NCBI GenBank assembly: GCA_964543295.1
Contig: CAZIXA010000007.1
Span: 8,295 to 72,294, forward strand
Direction: 5' to 3'
DNA length: 64,000 nt
Source of the DNA: an uncultured Clostridia bacterium
GTDB taxonomy: Bacteria; Aerophobota; Aerophobia; Aerophobales; AE-B3A
Below, in pieces: positions 11,488-21,579 of this stretch. The notes under the pieces were generated by a model. It did not search any database, was not told the origin of the DNA, and worked only from the letters and a program-made list of their open reading frames with translations. A program made the translations under genes and the position numbers. The first letter of the stretch is position 1; each line of letters starts with the position of its first letter.

Positions 11488-12690
11488 CTACTCGATTATC
11501 TTCCCTACCACTCCTGCACCTACCGTATGTCCCCCTTCCCTAATAGCGAATCTCAAGCCCTGCTCCATAGCGATAGGAGTGATGAGCTTTATGGTTAATC
11601 TTACATTATCACCGGGCATCACCATTTCAACCCCCTCGGGAAGATTTACATCTCCAGTTACATCGGTGGTGCGGAAGTAAAATTGAGGCCGATATCCCTC
11701 AAAGAAAGGAGTATGTCGCCCACCTTCTTCTTTGGTCAAAACATATACTTGTGCTTCAAACTTGGTATGAGGAGTGATACTATTGGGAACAGCCAACACC
11801 TGACCCCTTTCCACCTCATCCTTTTCTATCCCTCGCAAAAGAACCCCTATATTGTCTCCTGCCTGAGCTTCATCCAATGTCTTCCTGAACATCTCTACTC
11901 CTGTGGCCACTGCCTTTCTGGTCTTTTCGGTCATCCCTACTATCTCTATCGGATCTCCCAGTGATATTTTTCCTCTTTCCACCCTTCCCGTTACCACGGT
12001 TCCTCTTCCCGTAATAGAAAAAATATCCTCAATGGCCAGCAAGAAGGGTTTGTCCACTTCTCTGGCAGGTACAGGAATATAGTCATCAATCGCACTCAGT
12101 AATTTAACTATGGGCCCGCACTTTGGACAATCCTCTTTACCACATAGACAACTCAGGCACTGAAGAGCCGAGCCAGCGACGACAGGTATCTCATCTCCTG
12201 GAAATTCGTAATTAGACAAAAGCTCCCGTATCTCTAACTCTACCAGTTCTAATAGCTCCTTATCTTCAACCTGGTCCACCTTATTCAGGAAAACTACAAT
12301 AGCCGGAACATTAACCTGACGAGCGAGAAGAATATGCTCCCTGGTCTGTGGCATAGCTCCATCAGCGGCCGAAACAACCAGGACAGCTCCATCCATCTGT
12401 GCTGCTCCAATAATCATGTTCTTGATATAGTCAGCATGCCCAGGACAGTCAATATGAGCATAGTGCCTCTTTTCTGTTTCATATTCTGCGTGATAGATAG
12501 CAATGGTTAGACCTCTTTCTTTCTCCTCGGGAGCATTGTCGATTTCCTCCAAGGTCTTGGCAGTAGCTAATCCTTTTTTAGCCAAAATCTGGGTTATGGC
12601 CGCTGTAAGAGTGGTTTTTCCATGATCGACGTGTCCAATTGTTCCAATATTAACATGAGGCTTGGTTCGCACAAATTTTTCCCGTGCCAT
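11488..12690 (-). CDS. tuf: Elongation factor Tu (with Cys-rich insertion in domain I)
   Basis: [21 protein letters not shown] motifs; 400 aa. Confidence 0.98.
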   Translation of the reverse strand: MAREKFVRTKPHVNIGTIGHVDHGKTTLTAAITQILAKKGLATAKTLEEIDNAPEEKERGLTIAIYHAEYETEKRHYAHIDCPGHADYIKNMIIGAAQMDGAVLVVSAADGAMPQTREHILLARQVNVPAIVVFLNKVDQVEDKELLELVELEIRELLSNYEFPGDEIPVVAGSALQCLSCLCGKEDCPKCGPIVKLLSAIDDYIPVPAREVDKPFLLAIEDIFSITGRGTVVTGRVERGKISLGDPIEIVGMTEKTRKAVATGVEMFRKTLDEAQAGDNIGVLLRGIEKDEVERGQVLAVPNSITPHTKFEAQVYVLTKEEGGRHTPFFEGYRPQFYFRTTDVTGDVNLPEGVEMVMPGDNVRLTIKLITPIAMEQGLRFAIREGGHTVGAGVVGKIIE

Positions 12691-12828
12691 TCTTTCCTCC
12701 CTTTCCCTTTAACTCACGAGGAGTTAAAGTATTTTCTAAGGGCGTTGGATAATCTCTTTCCAACATCCTTATTATGATTTTCACGGAGAATTCCGCACAT
12801 TTTTTTCTCTGTTTTACGAGTTTTAACT

Positions 12829-12904
12829 GGAGCCCATGACCGGGTTCGAACCGGTGACCTCATCCTTACCAAGGATGTGCTCTTCCTCCTGAGCTACATG
12901 GGCA
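12829..12904 (-). tRNA. tRNA-Thr (anticodon GGT)
   Basis: Reverse complement GCCCATGTAGCTCAGGAGG...CCTTGGTAAGG...GGTTCGAACCC...; anticodon loop UUGGUAA. Confidence 0.85.
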
Positions 12905-13064
12905 GATTAAATAGTATTTGGTCGTTAGTGAATAGTATTTAGCAAGAAAATCTGGGAGAAGAAAAAATGTATAAGTTAACTGCAACTCGCAGCTATATGA
13001 ATATTCTCCAGTATACCAGAAGATTTTGCTCGCCTTCATCACAATGCCAACTATTCACTATATA

Positions 13065-13150
13065 GTGGTGGGGAGGGATGGATTTGAACCATCGTAGGCA
13101 ACGCCAACGGGTTTACAGCCCGCCCCATTTGGCCACTCTGGCACCTCCCC
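13065..13150 (-). tRNA. tRNA-Tyr (anticodon GTA, long variable arm)
   Basis: Reverse complement GGGGAGGTGCCAGAGTGG...GGCTGTAAACC...GGTTCAAATCC...CCACCA; anticodon loop CUGUAAA; 85 nt. Confidence 0.85.
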
Positions 13151-13190
13151 AACAAATTTTCTCAACTACCCTTCTAATCCTCTACCCCTT

Positions 13191-15878
13191 CTAATCTGCT
13201 TTTCTGGCGTTCTGTTTCTCCTCCAGCTTTGCCTGAGCAGCGGCTAGCCTAGCAATAGGAACTCTATAAGGCGAACAACTCACATAATCCATACCGACAC
13301 CGTAACAGAATTTGACCGAGGAAGGTTCCCCTCCATGCTCACCACAGATACCTACTTCCAAATCGGGGTTAGTTTTTCGTCCTCTTTGTGTCCCCATCTC
13401 CACCAGTTGTCCCACTCCGGTCTGATCCAATACCTGAAAGGGATCATCGCGTAAAATCTTCTTTTTTATGTATGCAGGGAGAAATTTACCCTCTGCATCA
13501 TCCCGGCTTAAACCAAAGGTAGTCTGAGTCAAATCATTGGTCCCAAAGGAAAAAAAATCTGCTTCTTGAGCAATCTTATCAGCACAGAGGCAAGCACGAG
13601 GTAGTTCGATCATCGTACCAATCTTATACTTAAAATCGACTCCCTTTTCTCTTTCCACTTCTTTAATCACCTCGATAGTCTGCCGACGAAGGATGCTCAA
13701 CTCCCTCTTGTGGAAAACCAGAGGAATCATAATCTCTGGATAGACTTTCCTTCCCTCAAGGATTAGCTCCGCGGCTGCCTCAAAGACCGCTCTGGTCTGC
13801 ATATTGTAAACTTCCGGAAAAGTAATGCCTAACCGACAACCACGATGACCCAACATAGGGTTCATCTCTCGAAGACCGGTCACTCGCTGTAGAAGCTCTC
13901 TTTTTTTCTCAATCTTTTTCTTATCCGAGTTTTGGAGCTCCAGTTTGTTTATCTCCAACAGAAGATCCTCATAGTTAGGTAAAAACTCATGTAGAGGGGG
14001 ATCGAGCAGGCGAATAATAACTGGCAAACCTTCCATTTCTATTAAGATTCCCTTGAAATCTTCCTTCTGCATAGGTTCCAATTTTTCCAGCGCTTTTTCT
14101 CGTTCTTCTTTATCTTCAGCCAAGATCATTCTTTGAACGAAAGGAAGTCTATCCTCTCCAAAGAACATATGCTCAGTTCGGCAAAGTCCGATTCCTTCAG
14201 CTCCTAATTCACGTGCCCTTTTTGCATCTTTTGGAGTATCTGCATTGGCCCTCACCCCAAGGGTCCTAATCTCATCGGCCCATTCCATAAGTTTTTTAAA
14301 CTCATCGCTTGGCTCTGGTTCCAGCGTAGGCACCTTACCCTTTATTACCCTCCCCGTGATGCCATCCAGGGTAATAAAGTCTCCCTCTTTGAAGACAAGC
14401 CCATTTACAGTAAACATGCCTTTCTTTTCTTCCACTTTGATGGCTTCACATCCTGCTACACAACACTTACCCATACCTCTAGCTACTACAGCCGCATGGC
14501 TGGTCATTCCTCCTCTCGCCGTCAAAATCCCCTGAGCAACAGCCATTCCATGAATATCATCGGGAGAAGTTTCCTTACGAACCAGAATAACCTTTCCACC
14601 ATCTTGAGTTAGTTCAACTGCCCTATCAGCAGTAAAAACTATTGTTCCGGCGGCTGCGCCTGGAGAAGCAGGGAGCCCTTCAGCCAATACTTCGACCTCT
14701 GCATCTGGGTCAATCCGTCGGTGAAGCAACTGCTCCAATTGACTGGCTCCGATTCGCAGTAGTGCCTCTTCTTTACCGATCAGTCCCTCCTCGACCATAT
14801 CACAGGCCACCCTTACTGCTGCTTGGATGGTTCTCTTTCCGGTTCTGGTTTGCAGAAGATAAAGCTTTCCTTTTTCTATGGTAAATTCAAAATCCTGCAC
14901 ATTCTTATAATGTCGTTCCAGTCTTTGAGTGATTTCTACAAGCTCATGGAAAACCTGAGGCATATCTTCCTTTAAATTTAAAAGGGGTAGGGGTGTTCTT
15001 ATTCCGGCAACAACATCTTCCCCTTGAGCATTAAGCAGATATTCTCCATAAATCTTTTTCTCACCGGTAGCCGGGTCTCTGGTAAAGCCAACTCCAGTAC
15101 CCGAATCGTTCCCCATATTTCCGAATACCATAACCTGAACATTAACCGCTGTTCCCCAGTGTTCAGGAATTCTGTTAATTTTACGGTAGTTAATAGCTCT
15201 TTTAGTATTCCAGGAGGCAAAAACGGCATCTTTTGCCATATCCAACTGCTCAAAAGGATCCTGAGGAAACTCAGTCCTTTTCTCTTTTTCTATCAACTTT
15301 TTAAACTCTTCTACTAGCTCCTTAAGATTCTCTGCGGTTAAATCAATATCCTCTTTCACCTGACACTTCTTTTTTTTCTCCTCCAACAATTCCTCAAATT
15401 TTTCTGCCCCTATCCCTAAAACCACGTGTCCAAACATCTGAATAAGTCTTCTGTAGGCATCGTAGGCAAAACGTGGATTCCCTGCTTGGTCCACCAGGCC
15501 CTTTATCGTCTCATCATTGAGGCCTAAATTGAGCACCGTATCCATCATTCCCGGCATGGATATTCTTGCCCCTGAGCGAACCGAAACCAATAGAGGATTA
15601 TTGGCATTACCGAATCTTTTATGACTTACTTCCTCGACCTTGTTCAAATTTTCCCTTATCGCAGCCTCCAGGTTTTCTGGATAACGGTGGTTTTGGGTGT
15701 AGTAGGTGCATACTTCGGTACTAATGGTAAAACCAGGAGGGACTCGGATACCTAAATTGGCCATTTCGGCAAGATTGGCTCCTTTTCCTCCCAGAATGTT
15801 TCTCATTTTTGCTGATCCATCGGCCCTATTTTGCGCAAAAAAATATACATACCCCCCCATTTTTTTCCTCTTCGACAA
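13191..15878 (-). CDS. ppdK: Pyruvate, phosphate dikinase
   Basis: 895-aa ORF; GGKGANLAEM ATP-grasp start, phosphohistidine domain GGMTSHAAVVARG, C-terminal PEP-utilising domain. Confidence 0.96.
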   Translation of the reverse strand: MSKRKKMGGYVYFFAQNRADGSAKMRNILGGKGANLAEMANLGIRVPPGFTISTEVCTYYTQNHRYPENLEAAIRENLNKVEEVSHKRFGNANNPLLVSVRSGARISMPGMMDTVLNLGLNDETIKGLVDQAGNPRFAYDAYRRLIQMFGHVVLGIGAEKFEELLEEKKKKCQVKEDIDLTAENLKELVEEFKKLIEKEKRTEFPQDPFEQLDMAKDAVFASWNTKRAINYRKINRIPEHWGTAVNVQVMVFGNMGNDSGTGVGFTRDPATGEKKIYGEYLLNAQGEDVVAGIRTPLPLLNLKEDMPQVFHELVEITQRLERHYKNVQDFEFTIEKGKLYLLQTRTGKRTIQAAVRVACDMVEEGLIGKEEALLRIGASQLEQLLHRRIDPDAEVEVLAEGLPASPGAAAGTIVFTADRAVELTQDGGKVILVRKETSPDDIHGMAVAQGILTARGGMTSHAAVVARGMGKCCVAGCEAIKVEEKKGMFTVNGLVFKEGDFITLDGITGRVIKGKVPTLEPEPSDEFKKLMEWADEIRTLGVRANADTPKDAKRARELGAEGIGLCRTEHMFFGEDRLPFVQRMILAEDKEEREKALEKLEPMQKEDFKGILIEMEGLPVIIRLLDPPLHEFLPNYEDLLLEINKLELQNSDKKKIEKKRELLQRVTGLREMNPMLGHRGCRLGITFPEVYNMQTRAVFEAAAELILEGRKVYPEIMIPLVFHKRELSILRRQTIEVIKEVEREKGVDFKYKIGTMIELPRACLCADKIAQEADFFSFGTNDLTQTTFGLSRDDAEGKFLPAYIKKKILRDDPFQVLDQTGVGQLVEMGTQRGRKTNPDLEVGICGEHGGEPSSVKFCYGVGMDYVSCSPYRVPIARLAAAQAKLEEKQNARKAD

Positions 15879-15914
15879 ATTTTCTTTTTTACTTTCTTAT
15901 CTTAATTTCTGTTT

Positions 15915-15943
15915 TTGTCAACCCCTTTTTAAACGGTTATGTT
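15915..15943 (+). promoter_or_regulatory. Sigma70-like promoter (TTGTCA-17-TATGTT) facing repeat element copy 1
   Basis: -35 TTGTCA at 15915-15920, 17-nt spacer, -10 TATGTT at 15938-15943. Confidence 0.35.
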
Positions 15944-15989
15944 TATTATAATAAAACATTCATCCCTGTCAAGTGCCTCGAGAAAACCG

Positions 15990-16115
15990 TATGTATTCAG
16001 TGAACCCCATCATTTTTGGTAGTCGCAAGGCTCAGAGCCTGCGCACCCTAAAGGGTGCGGCTACCCTGAAAATTCAATGTGACACGGCGTTTACTGAGCA
16101 TTTACAGAAAACCCA
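15990..16115 (+). repeat. Structured RNA-like dispersed repeat, copy 1
   Basis: Shares GTGAACCCC-TCATT...GGTAGTCGCAAGGCTCAGAGCCTGCG...CACCCTAAAGGGTGCGGCTACCC...TTCACTGA-ATTTACA with 26659-26800. Confidence 0.7.
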
Positions 16116-16152
16116 AGTTGAAAAATCAGAAATCAGGGATTATTACTCAGTT

Positions 16153-16190
16153 TCAGTGATTAGTACTGGTCCCTGAGTACTAATCACTGA
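16153..16190. other. Perfect 15-bp inverted repeat hairpin just downstream of hflC
   Basis: TCAGTGATTAGTACT / AGTACTAATCACTGA with an 8-nt loop; no adjacent U-run on either strand. Confidence 0.5.
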
Positions 16191-16201
16191 CTGCTGATCA
16201 C

Positions 16202-17143
16202 TTACTTTTTAGGAGATATACTCTTTAGATACTTGTAAAAATCACTGTCGGAAGTTAAAAGTAGCCAGGTCTGTGCATTTAGCGTTCCTTTGTAAGTATC
16301 CAGGGTCTTCAAGAAAGAATAGAATTCAGGATCTTTACTGTAAGCCCCAGCATAAATCTTAGTAGCCTCAGCATCAGCTTTACCCATAATCTCCTGCGCT
16401 CGTTGGTAGGCCTGCGAGGTGATCGTTTGCAGCTCTTTCTCCATCTTACCCTCAATCCCGGCCTTTTTACCCTGACCTTCAGACCGATATTCTTCCGCTA
16501 TTCTCTTTCTCTCTGAGATCATTCTGGCGTAAACCTTCTTTCTTACCTCCTCCACATAGTTAACCCTCTTAATCCTCATATCCACCAATTTTATTCCAAA
16601 TTGGGGTACTGTTCGAGAAGCTTCTTTTAATATATCCCGGGTTATCTTCTCTCGTCCAAATTTCACCTTTCCTATCTCCTCTGCAGCCTGTATGCCCAGC
16701 TCAGTTTGAACAAGCTCCCTATTTGAATTTCTCACCAGCTCGTAGAGTAGATGATTGGTGATCTGGTTTCTGGTGGCAGAATCAACAATATCATCCAGCC
16801 TGGACTGGGCTGTGCGCTCATTCCCCACTGTCCGGAGAAATTTAAGAGGATCAACGATTTTCCAGCGGGCGGTACTATCAACCCAGATATATTTCTTATC
16901 TCTGGTAGGAATCTGGGTAGGAAGTCCATCCCAGGTTAAAAGACGCTTGTCGAAATAGTTTACCTTCTGGATAAAAGGCTTCTTGAGGTAAAGGCCAGCT
17001 TGGGTTATTGGTTTTCCAATTGGTTCACCAAACTGAGTAATAACTACTTGTTGAGTCTGATCTACCGTATACAAGGTGCCGCCCAGAATAATCAAACCTA
17101 TGATAATTACTACTATTATAGGAACCAATCTTGTGAGTCTCAT
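16202..17143 (-). CDS. hflC: Protease modulator HflC (SPFH/band 7 family)
   Basis: N-terminal TM helix plus SPFH domain; paired with hflK. Confidence 0.85.
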   Translation of the reverse strand: MRLTRLVPIIVVIIIGLIILGGTLYTVDQTQQVVITQFGEPIGKPITQAGLYLKKPFIQKVNYFDKRLLTWDGLPTQIPTRDKKYIWVDSTARWKIVDPLKFLRTVGNERTAQSRLDDIVDSATRNQITNHLLYELVRNSNRELVQTELGIQAAEEIGKVKFGREKITRDILKEASRTVPQFGIKLVDMRIKRVNYVEEVRKKVYARMISERKRIAEEYRSEGQGKKAGIEGKMEKELQTITSQAYQRAQEIMGKADAEATKIYAGAYSKDPEFYSFLKTLDTYKGTLNAQTWLLLTSDSDFYKYLKSISPKK

Positions 17144-18115
17144 CTACTTGCCTCCTTGTTCACTAAGGGGGAGAAGAGGCAATATCCCCTTTTGGTCTAC
17201 ATCAACTATATAGGTCCTCCCTATCTTGGGTAGAATCTCTCCCAATGTTTCCAGATATAACCGTCTCTTGGTTACATCCTTAGCCGCCTGGTATTCCTTC
17301 CAGACAGCCACGAACTTATTAGCATCTCCCTTAGCTCGATTGACTCTATTTATGGCGTATCCTTCCGCTACGCTAATTGTTTTTTCCGCCGTCCCTTTTG
17401 CCTTGGGAATGGCTTTATTGTAAGCCTGCCAGGCCTGATTGATAGTGGTCTCTTTATCCTGTTTAGCTTCGTTAACCTCATTGAAAGAAGGCTTTACTGG
17501 ATCAGGAGGATTTACATCCTTTAATTTCACCGTAACAATCTTAACTCCTATTCCATAGCTATCCAGTATTGTTTGGAGCGCCTCCTGTGCTTTCTCACCT
17601 GCTTCTCTTCGTCCTACTGTTAAGACCTCGTCGATGCTCCTGTCACCTACCACCTGACGCATAACTGCCTCTGAGATAGCCCTGATCGTACCCCGCACAT
17701 CTCTTACATTGAACAGGAAATCAACAGGGTCTTCGACTTTGTATTGCACGATCCATTCCACAATTCCAGCATTAAGGTCGCCGGTCAGCATCAAGGATTC
17801 ATCAGTAAATTCCCCCGGTGCATAAAGTGTTCTTTCTCCAGCTTGTAGAGTCCGAAATCCGAACTCTTCTTTAAAGATGTGTCTTACCCTGACCTTAGTT
17901 ACTGTTTCGGCAAAGGGAATTTTAAAATGAAGTCCCGGCTCAGTAGTCCTGACAAATCTGCCCCATCTCTTAATCACTCCCACTTGCTCCGGTCCTATTG
18001 TATAAAAGATAGAGACCAGGATGATTATCAAAACAATCCCTAAAATCCCCCAGCCAATCCATTTCTTAGAAAGAGGCATAGGGAAGTTAACCTCATCTCC
18101 TTCCTCATAAGCCAT
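17144..18115 (-). CDS. hflK: Protease modulator HflK (SPFH/band 7 family)
   Basis: TM helix plus SPFH domain, immediately upstream of hflC. Confidence 0.85.
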   Translation of the reverse strand: MAYEEGDEVNFPMPLSKKWIGWGILGIVLIIILVSIFYTIGPEQVGVIKRWGRFVRTTEPGLHFKIPFAETVTKVRVRHIFKEEFGFRTLQAGERTLYAPGEFTDESLMLTGDLNAGIVEWIVQYKVEDPVDFLFNVRDVRGTIRAISEAVMRQVVGDRSIDEVLTVGRREAGEKAQEALQTILDSYGIGVKIVTVKLKDVNPPDPVKPSFNEVNEAKQDKETTINQAWQAYNKAIPKAKGTAEKTISVAEGYAINRVNRAKGDANKFVAVWKEYQAAKDVTKRRLYLETLGEILPKIGRTYIVDVDQKGILPLLPLSEQGGK

Positions 18116-18326
18116 TTTTTCCTCCTTAAATTATATTCCTCTTTATTTGAAACTCTTTATCTTATCAACTCCCCATAATTCACTTCAGTTTTTCTTTATC
18201 TTTTCCCAGTCAAAAGACCGAACCTCTTTTCCTGATGGCAGAATTAATTCTCCAGACATACCTCCTTTTTTAGTTTTAGCTAAGTATATCAAACTCCCTA
18301 TTAAATGCAAGCAAAAAATTGTTAGC

Positions 18327-18354
18327 TTGACTTTTACCAATGGTGGGGTAGAAT
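18327..18354 (+). promoter_or_regulatory. Sigma70-like promoter for proA (TTGACT-16-TAGAAT)
   Basis: Near-consensus -35/-10 hexamers about 90 nt upstream of proA ATG. Confidence 0.45.
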
Positions 18355-18441
18355 GGACTACTCGCAGCCAAGGGCCTTGAGTCCTTGACTAGAGCAGTGT
18401 AAGGAGTAGAAAAGCGCAAAAATTATGGTAAGGAGCCGAAG

Positions 18442-19698
18442 ATGAGCCTCAAGGAAGATATTCTAGAGATAGCCAGACAGGCTAAATTTTCCAGTCAAAG
18501 ATTAGCTAATCTATCCTCAAAGGCAAAGGATGAGGTCCTCTCAAGAATGGCCAAGACCATCGAAACCAATGCCAGAAGAATAAAAGAGGAAAACGACAAA
18601 GATGTGGCCTCAGCCAGAGAAAAAGGATTATCTGGTGCCTTAATAGACAGATTAACCTTGAACGAAAAGAGGATCGGACAGATGGCCGATAGCCTAAAAC
18701 AGATGGCTAGACTGGAGGATCCGATAGGAAAAGTGGATAAAATGTGGAGAAGACCAAATGGACTTTTGATTGGTAAAGTAATCGTTCCCCTGGGAGTAAT
18801 AGGCATTATTTATGAGGCACGGCCCGATGTCACGGTAGATGCTGCTGGACTATGTCTAAAGGCGGGAAATGCTACCATCCTGAGAGGAGGATCTGAGGCC
18901 ATCCATTCTAATATCTGTCTGGCCGATCTTTTGAGAAAAGTAATAGAGGAGGCAGAACTTCCCGCAGGATCTATTCAATTAATAAGAACCACGGATAGAA
19001 ATGCCGTAATGGAGATGTTAAAGCTGGATGAATATATTGATGTCATCATTCCCCGAGGAGGAGAAAGCCTCATTCGTACAGTTACTGAAAACTCCACTAT
19101 TCCGGTAATTAAGCATTATAAAGGTGTGTGTCACACCTATGTAGATGAAGAGGCAGATTTAGACATGGCTGAGAAAATTGCCTTCAACGCTAAGGTTCAG
19201 CGACCAGGAGTTTGTAATGCTATGGAAACCCTTCTGGTAGATGAAAAGATTGCCGCTCAATTTCTACCAGGTATGATTAAAAAATTTCAAGGAGCAGGAG
19301 TGGAGGTTCGAGGAGATGAAAAGACCTGCAAAATAGCGGAAGGAATCAAGCCCGCTACTAAGGAGGACTGGCAAACTGAGTATCTCGATCTTATTCTCTC
19401 TGTTAAAGTGGTGAAAGGAATCGAGGTCGCTATCCATCATATCAATAGATATGGCTCCCATCACTCTGATGCTATCGTTACCGAAAATTTAAGAAAATCG
19501 AGGAAATTCTTGCAGGAGGTTGACTCAGCAGCCGTTTATGTGAACGCCTCCACCCGGTTTACTGACGGAGGTGAGTTTGGTCTGGGAGCGGAGATAGGCA
19601 TAAGTACCCAGAAATTACACGCTCGAGGCCCAATGGGAGTATGCGAGCTGACTAGCAGTAAGTTCATTATACTAGGGGACGGACAGATAAGAGAATAG
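18442..19698 (+). CDS. proA: Gamma-glutamyl phosphate reductase
   Basis: 418-aa ALDH-superfamily protein, ProA-type sequence; no adjacent proB. Confidence 0.93.
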   Translation: MSLKEDILEIARQAKFSSQRLANLSSKAKDEVLSRMAKTIETNARRIKEENDKDVASAREKGLSGALIDRLTLNEKRIGQMADSLKQMARLEDPIGKVDKMWRRPNGLLIGKVIVPLGVIGIIYEARPDVTVDAAGLCLKAGNATILRGGSEAIHSNICLADLLRKVIEEAELPAGSIQLIRTTDRNAVMEMLKLDEYIDVIIPRGGESLIRTVTENSTIPVIKHYKGVCHTYVDEEADLDMAEKIAFNAKVQRPGVCNAMETLLVDEKIAAQFLPGMIKKFQGAGVEVRGDEKTCKIAEGIKPATKEDWQTEYLDLILSVKVVKGIEVAIHHINRYGSHHSDAIVTENLRKSRKFLQEVDSAAVYVNASTRFTDGGEFGLGAEIGISTQKLHARGPMGVCELTSSKFIILGDGQIRE

Positions 19699-19710
19699 AG
19701 ACGTGGTAAG

Positions 19711-20802
19711 ATGAAAATTATAAAGATAGACCCTGACCATCCGGAAGAGAAAAAAATAGAGAAAGCCATTCAAATACTGAAAGAGGGTAAGATAGTAGCC
19801 TTTCCTACTGATACAGTCTATGGTCTCGGAGTTAGTGCTGAGAATGAGGCAGCCATAAAGAGACTCTACCAGGTGAAAAAAAGGCCATTAGATAAACCTA
19901 TGACTCTGTTCCTAAGAAAAAAAGGGGGCTTCATACGATTCGCCCAGGCTGTTCCGCTTTTTGCTCAAAGGTTGATAAATGAGTTCTGGCCCGGTCCGCT
20001 TACTTTAATCTTTAAGGCAAACCAGGGCAGTCCTCCCAGTCTCGTCAGCAAACAAGGAAAAATTGGACTAAGACTCTCGGCACATTCTATTCCCCGAACA
20101 ATTATGGAAAAAGGAAAAATTCTTTTGGCTACCACCAGTGCTAATCTGTCTGGTGAATTCACCCCTTCTACTTCTGGGGACCTGGATAAAGAATTGCTGG
20201 ATGGTATAGATCTTCTCATCGATGGAGGTCAGACCCTGCTAGGCGAGGAATCTACCATAGTGGATGTTACTCGGTTTCCTCCTCTTTTGATCAGGGAAGG
20301 GTGGTTACTCCCAGCCCAAATAGAGAAAGTATGGCAGGGAAAAGGAGATGTTCTCTTTGTCTGCACAGGCAATACATGTCGAAGTCCTATGGCAGAAGGT
20401 CTATTGAAAAAGCTATGGCCTCAAAGAAAAAAAAACGAGATAAAAATAGATTCGGCAGGAACAAGTGCCCTGCCCGGCTTGCCCTCAACTTCTTTAACCC
20501 AAAAAATAATGAAAGAAAAGGGAGTGGATATCTCTTACCATGAGAGTAAGCCTTTAAACCAAAAGATGGTGGAAGAGGCTGATTTAATCTTAGTAATGGA
20601 AAAGATGCATAAAAACAAAGTCCTGGATCTTTCCTCTTTAGCCGAAGGTAAGGTCTTCTTGCTTAAGGAATTTGCTTTAGGAATAGAAGAAGAAATTTTT
20701 GATCCTATGGGCGGATCCGAAGAGAGTTATCGAGAATGCGCGAGGGAGATTGAAAAAAATATAGAAGGCGTGCTGGAAAAATTGACGGGCTGTGGCGAAT
20801 GA
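19711..20802 (+). CDS. L-threonylcarbamoyladenylate synthase (TsaC/YrdC domain) fused to low-molecular-weight protein (Tyr/Arg) phosphatase domain
   Basis: N-terminal [14 protein letters not shown] YrdC motif; C-terminal [19 protein letters not shown]5R P-loop and DPMGG loop. Confidence 0.85.
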   Translation: MKIIKIDPDHPEEKKIEKAIQILKEGKIVAFPTDTVYGLGVSAENEAAIKRLYQVKKRPLDKPMTLFLRKKGGFIRFAQAVPLFAQRLINEFWPGPLTLIFKANQGSPPSLVSKQGKIGLRLSAHSIPRTIMEKGKILLATTSANLSGEFTPSTSGDLDKELLDGIDLLIDGGQTLLGEESTIVDVTRFPPLLIREGWLLPAQIEKVWQGKGDVLFVCTGNTCRSPMAEGLLKKLWPQRKKNEIKIDSAGTSALPGLPSTSLTQKIMKEKGVDISYHESKPLNQKMVEEADLILVMEKMHKNKVLDLSSLAEGKVFLLKEFALGIEEEIFDPMGGSEESYRECAREIEKNIEGVLEKLTGCGE

Positions 20803-21296
20803 AGGAAAAACGGCCTTCCTGGGACGAATATTTTATGCAGATTACTCATTTAGTAGCTACTCGTTCTACCTGCTTGAGGCGAAAGGTGGGAGCTTTATTG
20901 GTCAAGGAAAAGAGAGTTCTTTCCACCGGGTATAATGGTGCCCCTCGTAATTTACCTCATTGCAGGGAAGTAGGATGTCTTCGTGATAAACTAAATATCC
21001 CCTCCGGGGAAAGACAAGAGATCTGTCGGGGTCTGCATGCTGAACAAAACGCCATAATTCAGGCGGCTTTATACGGAATAAGTATCAAGAACTCAATCCT
21101 TTACTGCACACACCAACCCTGTATAACCTGCAGTAAGATGATAATAAATGCAGGAATAAAAAGAATTATTTTCCAGGGTGAGTATCCTGATCCCCTGGCT
21201 CGCCAAATGCTTGAAGAAGCCGAAGTTGAACTAATCAAAATGGGAGAGGAAAATGCCGGAAGAGGCTCTGAAAAGAATAGAAAAAGCGGAAAGTGA
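20799..21296 (+). CDS. dCMP deaminase (ComEB-type cytidine/deoxycytidylate deaminase)
   Basis: HAEQNAI and CTHQPCITC zinc-binding motifs. Confidence 0.9.
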   Translation: MKEKRPSWDEYFMQITHLVATRSTCLRRKVGALLVKEKRVLSTGYNGAPRNLPHCREVGCLRDKLNIPSGERQEICRGLHAEQNAIIQAALYGISIKNSILYCTHQPCITCSKMIINAGIKRIIFQGEYPDPLARQMLEEAEVELIKMGEENAGRGSEKNRKSGK

Positions 21297-21579
21297 GGCA
21301 AAGAGAATACTGGAGGAAGGAAGGAAGAAAAAAGAAAAGATATTGGAACAGGCTCGACAAAAAAGTGAAGAAATTCTCACCCAAGCTGAGAAAGAGGGAA
21401 AAAGAGAAGGAGAAAAAATAAAGCAGAAGTCATTAAAAGAAGCGGAGGAAGAAATAAAAAGAATCAGGGAAGAGTTTGAGAAAAAACAAAAAAATATTGA
21501 GAATCAGAGAAGAGAAAATCTAGCCCAGGTAATAGAATTCATTGTCAAAAGAGCAAAGCAATGGCTCTCTATGAGATGA
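21253..21579 (+). CDS. V-type ATP synthase subunit G/H (coiled-coil stalk subunit)
   Basis: 108-aa Lys/Glu-rich coiled coil directly preceding subunit I. Confidence 0.7.
   Translation: MPEEALKRIEKAESEAKRILEEGRKKKEKILEQARQKSEEILTQAEKEGKREGEKIKQKSLKEAEEEIKRIREEFEKKQKNIENQRRENLAQVIEFIVKRAKQWLSMR

Noticed and set aside
18147-18380. 77-aa plus-strand ORF in the hflK–proA intergenic region
   Set aside because: It overlaps the proA promoter region, is low complexity, and has no RBS or similarity.
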